This document shows, in pieces, positions 58,246 through 64,000 of a stretch of 64,000 nt of DNA. The stretch lies in the NCBI GenBank assembly GCA_050011535.1, contig JBEKIX010000005.1, forward strand, positions 1,347 to 65,346. Reading direction: 5' to 3'. A program made the translations under genes and the position numbers. The notes under the pieces were generated by a model, which worked only from the letters and a program-made list of their open reading frames with translations, did not search any database and was not told the DNA's origin. The first letter of the stretch is position 1, and each line of letters opens with the position of its first letter. Source of the DNA: Acidobacteriota bacterium (lineage in GTDB: Bacteria > Acidobacteriota > UBA6911).

Positions 58246-59502
58246 TTATTTCAGGCGCTCGATTTCGGCGCCGAGGCGGGCCAGCTTTGTTTCGATGTGG
58301 TCGTAGCCCCGGTCCAGGTGGTACACGCGATCCACGATGGTTTCACCTCTGGCGACCAGCCCTGCCAGCACCAGGGATGCGCTTGCTCGCAAGTCCGACG
58401 CCAGCACTTTAGCGCCGCTCAAAGGCCTGCCTCCCTTGACGATGGCGCGGCGGCCGTCGACGGTGATTTCCGCCCCCATGCGCACCAGTTCGTGTGCGTG
58501 CAGGAACCGGTTTTCGAAGATCGTTTCGGTGATGACGGCGGTCCCGCCGCCTTGCGTCATCAGGGCCATGTACTGGGCTTGCATGTCCGTCGCAAAGCCG
58601 GGATACGGAAGCGTGGTCAGGTCCTGAGACTGAATGGGATCGCGTCCCTGCACCCGGGCGGCGTCGGGCGCTTGGATCTGAATCCCGGCCCCGTTTCGTT
58701 CGAGCTGCGCGAGGAGCGAACCCATGTGATCCGGCCGGCAGTTGCATATTTCGACATCGCCGCGCGTAATCGCCGCTGCCACGGCGAAGGTACCGGCTTC
58801 GATGCGGTCAGCGATGATGCAGTGCCGGCAGCCGTGCAACTCATCGACGCCCTGGATTCGGATCGTGCGCGAGCCCTCTCCCTCGATGCGCGCCCCCATC
58901 TTCCGGAGGAGCTCCGCCAAATCGACCACCTCGGGTTCGCATGCGGCGTTGTCGAGCACGGTTTCGCCTCGTGCCAGACAGGCAGCCATCATCAGGTTCT
59001 CGGTCCCCGTCACGGTGACCGTGTCCATAAGAATCGTTGCGCCGCGGAGCTTTTCGCAGCGCGCCTCCACATAGCCGTGGACAATTTCGCAGCGCGCCCC
59101 CATTTTTTCAAGGCCCATGATGTGGAGATTGACCGGGCGCGCACCGATCGCGCAGCCTCCCGGGAGGGAAACGCGCGCGCATCCGAAGCGCCCGACCAAC
59201 GGCCCAAGCACGAGAATAGATGCGCGCATTGTCTTGACCAGCTCATAGGGCGCCTCAAGCGAGGAAATTCGCGCTGCCTTAAGCCGGGCAATCCCCAATG
59301 GGTCGATTTCAACATCGGCGCCCAATTCGGCCAGCAGGCGGCGTGTGGTGAATACGTCCTGTACGCGGGGAATGTTTTCGAGTTCCACGGTTTCCGCGGT
59401 AAGGAGTGCGGCAACCATGGCGGGAAGCGTCGCATTCTTCGCCCCGCTGATCTCCACGCGGCCCGACAGCGCTCTTCCACCCACGACTCGAATCTTGTCC
59501 AT
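58246..59502 (-). CDS. murA: UDP-N-acetylglucosamine 1-carboxyvinyltransferase
   Basis: MDKIRVVGG ... [11 protein letters not shown]-terminus, and a Cys-containing active-site loop region. GAGGGA RBS. Confidence 0.95.
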   Translation of the reverse strand: MDKIRVVGGRALSGRVEISGAKNATLPAMVAALLTAETVELENIPRVQDVFTTRRLLAELGADVEIDPLGIARLKAARISSLEAPYELVKTMRASILVLGPLVGRFGCARVSLPGGCAIGARPVNLHIMGLEKMGARCEIVHGYVEARCEKLRGATILMDTVTVTGTENLMMAACLARGETVLDNAACEPEVVDLAELLRKMGARIEGEGSRTIRIQGVDELHGCRHCIIADRIEAGTFAVAAAITRGDVEICNCRPDHMGSLLAQLERNGAGIQIQAPDAARVQGRDPIQSQDLTTLPYPGFATDMQAQYMALMTQGGGTAVITETIFENRFLHAHELVRMGAEITVDGRRAIVKGGRPLSGAKVLASDLRASASLVLAGLVARGETIVDRVYHLDRGYDHIETKLARLGAEIERLK

Positions 59503-59616
59503 ATCATCCCTCGTCAGAAACGGTGCGAAATATGGGACAGGTCCAATGCTGCTAACGTAAGCAAAACTCAAGAAGACGCCACGAATTTCACAAATTCCAC
59601 GTAATCTTCCATTCGC

Positions 59617-60501
59617 CTAGATTTTCCTGCGCGCGACGATGCAGCGCGAAATCCCTTGAATGTCTGCCGCAATTTCGTCCACGGCCAGACGCGCGCGCTC
59701 GGCGAGTTCCGCGACTTCAGGCGCCTGTCCGGCGCCGATTTCCAGCAGAAGCCGGCCTCCCGGAACGAGACGCATGGCGGCCTGCGGAATGATCCGGCGG
59801 CATGGATCGAGTCCCGACTCTCCCCCGAAGAGCGCCTGGAAGGGCTCATGATCCCTGACCACGATGGACAGATTGGGCATATCCTGTCCTGCCACATATG
59901 GCGGATTGGAGAGTATGAGATCGAAAATCGAACCTTCCGGAAAGCACTCGAGCAGGTCACTACAGACGAAGCCGATGCGCTCGCGCACGCCGAGCCGAAT
60001 CGCGTTTTCCCGAGCCACGGCAAGGGCCTCCAGGGAGACGTCCGTCGCCCAGCCAACCGCATGCGGCGCTTCATGCGCCAGGGAGATCGCAATGCAGCCC
60101 GAACCCGTGCCCACATCTGCGAAGCGCACCGCGCCCCCATGGCTGCGCGCCAGTTCCAGTGCCTTTTCCACCAGGAGCTCGGTCTCCGGCCTGGGAATCA
60201 AGACCGCCGGAGTCACCCGGAACGAAAGCCCGAAAAACTCGCGCTTCCCCGTCACATATTGCAGCGGCTCACCCGCGACTCGCCTTTGCACAAGAAGCGA
60301 AAACTTCCCATATGCGCCAGAGGTCAGCTGATCCTGGATATGACCGAGAACGCGAGATCGTTCCCAGCCGAGAACATGAGCCATGAGAATTTCGGCCGTA
60401 AGCCGGGGAGAATCCACGCCTGCGCGCGCGAGCGATTCACTCGCCCCGCGCAAGGCCAGCCAGATCGTACCGGGAATCTCCTGCCTCGACTCCGAGTCCA
60501 T
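59617..60501 (-). CDS. prmC: release factor glutamine N5-methyltransferase
   Basis: DVGTGSGCIAISLA SAM motif and the NPPY catalytic motif. Confidence 0.93.
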   Translation of the reverse strand: MDSESRQEIPGTIWLALRGASESLARAGVDSPRLTAEILMAHVLGWERSRVLGHIQDQLTSGAYGKFSLLVQRRVAGEPLQYVTGKREFFGLSFRVTPAVLIPRPETELLVEKALELARSHGGAVRFADVGTGSGCIAISLAHEAPHAVGWATDVSLEALAVARENAIRLGVRERIGFVCSDLLECFPEGSIFDLILSNPPYVAGQDMPNLSIVVRDHEPFQALFGGESGLDPCRRIIPQAAMRLVPGGRLLLEIGAGQAPEVAELAERARLAVDEIAADIQGISRCIVARRKI

Positions 60502-60544
60502 TATGCCGGCTCGCGGAATGACGGGTTCATTCCCTCGTCATTCA

Positions 60545-61618
60545 TCAATTGCTACCTGCCTGCTTGAGTTTCTCCGCCTGAAAATGAGTGATCAGGGCCT
60601 CAAGGATGGGATCCAGGCCGCCGTCCAGAACGCCGGCCAGATCGTGTGTGGTCAGCCCGATCCGATGATCAGTCACACGGTTCTGCGGGAAGTTGTAGGT
60701 TCGGATCTTCTCGCTGCGATCCCCGCTTCCCACCTGGTTGCGCCGGTTTTCCGCGATGGATTTCTGCTGCTCCTGGACGGCGAGGTCGTACAGGCGCGAA
60801 CGCAACACGCGCATCGCCTTGGCCCGATTCTTGATTTGCGATTTTTCGTCCTGGCAAGACACGACCAACCCTGAAGGAAGATGCGTGATGCGCACCGCGG
60901 AATATGTGGTGTTTACCGATTGGCCACCCGGTCCGGAAGAACAGAAAGTGTCCGTGCGAATGTCCTTGGGATCTATTTTGATATCGACGTCATCCGCCTC
61001 CGCCAAAACCGCGACCGTGGCAGCTGAAGTATGGATGCGGCCGCTGGCTTCGGTGGCTGGAACCCGTTGGACGCGATGCACGCCGCTCTCGTATTTGAGC
61101 TTGCTGTACACGCGGTCTCCCTCGACAATCGCGATGATCTCCTTGTAGCCGCCCACTTCCGAAATGTGCTCTTCCGTAACCTCCACGCGCCACCCGCATT
61201 TTTCGGCGTGGCGGCTGTACATGCGGAATAGTTCGGCGGCAAACAGCGTAGCCTCGTCTCCTCCCGTCCCCGCGCGGATCTCCAGCAGGACGTTCTTCTC
61301 GTCGTTCGGATCCTTGGGCATCATGAGCCATTGGAGATTTTTCTGGCAAGCGCCGGCGCGCTCTTCCAGCGATGCCAGTTCCTCTTCCGCCATCTTGCGC
61401 ATCTCGGGATCCGATTCGGAGTGGAGCAGCGATTTCGTTCCCTCGATGCCTTGGAGCAGATCCTTGTACTCCCGGAATCTTTCAACGATCTCGGCCAACT
61501 CCCTGTGCTTCTTGGCGTGCTTCTGGTAGGTGGAAGGATTTGCCAGAACCTCCGGGTCCGCCAGCAGCCGGTTCAGTTCCTCGAATTTTTGTTCCAGTTC
61601 GTTCAGCTTATCGATCAT
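60545..61618 (-). CDS. prfA: peptide chain release factor 1
   Basis: PAT-type RF1 with the GGQ motif ([11 protein letters not shown]). Start at MIDKLNEL (61618) gives 357 aa. Confidence 0.95.
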   Translation of the reverse strand: MIDKLNELEQKFEELNRLLADPEVLANPSTYQKHAKKHRELAEIVERFREYKDLLQGIEGTKSLLHSESDPEMRKMAEEELASLEERAGACQKNLQWLMMPKDPNDEKNVLLEIRAGTGGDEATLFAAELFRMYSRHAEKCGWRVEVTEEHISEVGGYKEIIAIVEGDRVYSKLKYESGVHRVQRVPATEASGRIHTSAATVAVLAEADDVDIKIDPKDIRTDTFCSSGPGGQSVNTTYSAVRITHLPSGLVVSCQDEKSQIKNRAKAMRVLRSRLYDLAVQEQQKSIAENRRNQVGSGDRSEKIRTYNFPQNRVTDHRIGLTTHDLAGVLDGGLDPILEALITHFQAEKLKQAGSN

Positions 61619-61688
61619 GGGGTTATCCGTTGAGATTATAGGATATATCCCGGATTCCAGCCAGGAAGGGCGCGATGGGGGAGGGCCG

Positions 61689-62663
61689 CTAAGCCGCGGC
61701 CTGAGCTTCGCGAGCCTTGACGCTGTCCAGCTCCAGCGCTTCCTGCAGCGCGCGGATCGCCACTTCCAGCTGATCATCGCTCGGAGGCTTGGTTGTAACT
61801 CGCTGCAGAGTCAGGCCCGGAAGAACGATCAGCCGGAAAAAACCGCGCTGGGCGCGGGGCGCAGACAAGCGGATCAGTTCGTAGGACAGGCCGGAGATTA
61901 TCGGAATCAGGATCACGCGGGACAGGAAGATGGCCCAAAAGGCCTTGAACTTGAAAATGGAAAAAACCACGATGCTGACCACCATGACGAAGAGCAGGAA
62001 ACTGGTGCCGCAACGCGGGTGCAATGTCGACTTCCTGCGCGCGTTCTCGACCGTCAGCTCCTCTTTCGCCTCCCAGGTGAAAACAACCTTGTGTTCAGCG
62101 CCGTGGTACTGAAATACGCGCTTGATATCCTTCATTGTGCTGATCAGCAGGATGTAGGCAAGGAAAAAGACGACGCGAATCATGCCGTCGACCAGATTGA
62201 ACACGAACCAATTGTGGACGGCCGCGAAATAATTCTTCAGCCAGGTTGTGATCCAGAGCGGCGCCAGGATGAAGACCGCGACGGCCACGACCGCGGCAGC
62301 GCCCATGGACAGTGCCGTCGGGAGCCATCCGCCTTCCGGAGCCGCTGCGGCCGGTTCCGCGCCGGCGGTTTCCGACTTTGGCGCCGCGTCGGCCATTGCC
62401 GCGTTGAACGAAAAGTTCAGCGTGCTGATGCCGAGCATAAGAGATTGCACCAGGACCGCGAATCCCCGAATGATAGGCCAGGTGAGAGGTTTCCAGAGAT
62501 CCGCCAGGCGGCGCACTGCTTCCTTCTTGATCGCCATGGAACCATCCGCGCGGCGCACCGCGACGGCATAGGCATACGGCGTGCGCATCATGACGCCTTC
62601 GATCACAGCCTGCCCGCCGACAAGAATGTCTTCCGGCGAGCCTTTTGTACCGCTTCCTGGCAT
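61689..62663 (-). CDS. DUF1385 (YqhQ-like) membrane protein
   Basis: [13 protein letters not shown] start, multiple TM segments and YHGAEHKVV. Start chosen at MPGSGTKG (62663, GAGAGG RBS) to avoid overlap with rpmE. Confidence 0.8.
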   Translation of the reverse strand: MPGSGTKGSPEDILVGGQAVIEGVMMRTPYAYAVAVRRADGSMAIKKEAVRRLADLWKPLTWPIIRGFAVLVQSLMLGISTLNFSFNAAMADAAPKSETAGAEPAAAAPEGGWLPTALSMGAAAVVAVAVFILAPLWITTWLKNYFAAVHNWFVFNLVDGMIRVVFFLAYILLISTMKDIKRVFQYHGAEHKVVFTWEAKEELTVENARRKSTLHPRCGTSFLLFVMVVSIVVFSIFKFKAFWAIFLSRVILIPIISGLSYELIRLSAPRAQRGFFRLIVLPGLTLQRVTTKPPSDDQLEVAIRALQEALELDSVKAREAQAAA

Positions 62664-62688
62664 GAAACGACCTCTCACGTCAGCAACG

Positions 62689-62889
62689 TTACTTCTTGCC
62701 GTACTTCTTCTGGAATTTTTCAATGCGTCCGGCGGTGTCGATCAACTTCTGCTTGCCGGTAAAGAAAGGATGACAGGCTGAGCAGATCTCCAGGCGTATT
62801 TCTTTCTTCGTGGAACGGGTCTCGAATTGATTCCCGCAGGCGCAACTTACCATCACTTTGTGATATTGGGGATGTATATCCTTTTTCAT
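62689..62889 (-). CDS. rpmE: 50S ribosomal protein L31
   Basis: [12 protein letters not shown] ... [10 protein letters not shown] zinc-ribbon L31. Confidence 0.97.
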   Translation of the reverse strand: MKKDIHPQYHKVMVSCACGNQFETRSTKKEIRLEICSACHPFFTGKQKLIDTAGRIEKFQKKYGKK

Positions 62890-63017
62890 ACGGACCTCGC
62901 AAAACTTTGGATTATACCAAAAGCCGCTGGAAGGCGAGGTACAAAAAACGCGTTGTCGTGATTTATGAGCTGCCCGACATCGATGTGTCGTCCGCTAATT
63001 GTTACAAAAACACGTAC

Positions 63018-63047
63018 TTGACAATGGTCGAAGGCTTAAGGTATAAA
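63018..63047 (+). promoter_or_regulatory. candidate sigma70 promoter of rpsA (TTGACA-18-TATAAA), with a roughly 180-nt leader
   Basis: TTGACAATGGTCGAAGGCTTAAGGTATAAA seen directly. Confidence 0.45.
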
Positions 63048-63227
63048 AGTCGGTCTTTATTCTTGTGATCGAAGGAATGTTAACCCTTGGTATCATTTCA
63101 GGCTTGGCACCTAAACTCTGCGGGTAATCCGCTTCTATTCCCACCGGATCACAGGGCTATAATCGAATTCATGAAGATCCTGAACAGGTGCTGTAGGGGC
63201 CGGTTCGGGTCAATTTAGGAGGAGAGA

Positions 63228-64000
63228 ATGTCATCGGATATCAACGACGCGCAGACAACCGCAGGAGGTTCTGCGGAAGGAAGCGCCCCATCCCGGGCGC
63301 AGTCCCACCCGGCCGCCGAGCACCAGGATGAAAACAGCTTTGAAGCGCTTCTCGCGGCGCACGAAGGAAGAACTCAGAGCTTCTCCGAGGGGGAGGTGAT
63401 CCGTGGAAAGGTCATCGCGATTTCAGGTGGCGGAGTCATAGTAGATGTTGGCTTCAAGTCCGAGGGGATTATCCCCGTCGCGCAATTCACGGACGAACAG
63501 GGCCGCGTCGGCATCAAGGTCGGCGATGCCGTCGATGTGTTTCTGGAGCAGACGGAAGATTCGGAAGGTTATGTCGTGCTCTCGCGCGAAAAGGCCGAGC
63601 GCATGAAGATCTGGGACGAGATCGAGCGCGCCTATCGAGAAGGCACGACGGTCAAGGGCCGCGTGATCGAGCGCATCAAGGGCGGCCTGGCAGTGGACGT
63701 GGGCGTGCGCGCCTTCCTGCCGGGATCGCAGATCGACCTCCGTCCAGTGCGAAACCTGGACAGCCTGCGCGGTGAAGAGTTCGAGATGCGTGTCATCAAG
63801 GTCAACAAGAAACGAGGCAACATCGTCCTTTCCCGTAAGGCAGTCCTCGAAGAGTCGATGAAGGAAGAAAAGGCCAAGACCCTCGAGGTGCTCGAGGACG
63901 GGAAAGTGATGGAAGGCATCGTCAAGAACATTACCGACTACGGCGCCTTCATCGATCTCGGCGGCGTCGACGGACTGCTCCATATCACGGACATGTCCTG
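63228..64000 (+). CDS. rpsA: 30S ribosomal protein S1, partial (the N-terminal S1 domains)
   Basis: TTAGGAGGAGAGAATG RBS. Repeated S1 domains (GEVIRGKVIAISGGGVIVDVGFKSEGIIP; VKGRVIERIKGGLAVDVGVRAFLPGSQ). The ORF runs off the window end. Confidence 0.93.
   Translation, partial: MSSDINDAQTTAGGSAEGSAPSRAQSHPAAEHQDENSFEALLAAHEGRTQSFSEGEVIRGKVIAISGGGVIVDVGFKSEGIIPVAQFTDEQGRVGIKVGDAVDVFLEQTEDSEGYVVLSREKAERMKIWDEIERAYREGTTVKGRVIERIKGGLAVDVGVRAFLPGSQIDLRPVRNLDSLRGEEFEMRVIKVNKKRGNIVLSRKAVLEESMKEEKAKTLEVLEDGKVMEGIVKNITDYGAFIDLGGVDGLLHITDMS

Noticed and set aside
4457-62762. Many long ORFs antisense to annotated genes (e.g. 4457-5590, 6852-7778, 10075-11124, 11293-12369, 12385-13167, 14200-15045, 17797-18939, 38443-39426, 49763-51706, 54854-56284, 58237-59604, 61530-62762)
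   Set aside because: All lie opposite genes with strong family signatures. They have biased R/A/G/P composition, lack RBS or start context, and show no recognisable motifs. These are expected open frames in 60% GC DNA.

Overview
This is a high-GC (about 60%) bacterial chromosomal segment, most likely Acidobacteriota. The taxonomic guess rests on a GWxTD-domain protein, several TPR/PEGA/BNR proteins and generally GGAGG-type ribosome-binding sites, and cannot be confirmed without database searches.

The window is dominated by housekeeping genes:
- secreted peptidases (CocE/S15, S9, DegP/HtrA, leucyl aminopeptidase) and a partial BNR-repeat protein at the left edge;
- a TauE/DUF1634 pair;
- an LPS/polysaccharide block (GWxTD protein, two GT2 glycosyltransferases, rfbD);
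- smpB and pepA;
- an efflux operon with three tandem HlyD-type adaptors and an FtsX-type permease but no ATPase;
- an ECF sigma/anti-sigma operon ending in a small Secretin_N-domain secreted protein;
- pdxA, an Hfq-like Sm protein, holB-tmk and yggS-yggU;
- the heat-shock operon hrcA-grpE-dnaK-dnaJ with rsmE;
- glpX, a radical-SAM gene and queE, and a PP2C phosphatase;
- dihydropyrimidinase and hutU;
- murA-prmC-prfA, DUF1385-rpmE, and the start of rpsA.

Accessory and unusual content:
- a family of at least four hexamer-periodic foldback repeats, (GACNTG)n/(CANGTC)n arms with a conserved CATAAGCGCTAACTTAA leader, one of which encloses a relB/relE-type toxin-antitoxin pair upstream of htrA;
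- an ERCC4 nuclease disrupted by an 8-bp tandem duplication;
- truncated remnants of a class III aminotransferase and of a PIN (VapC) toxin;
- several unusually long perfect palindromes at gene ends.

No rRNA, tRNA or CRISPR array is evident.
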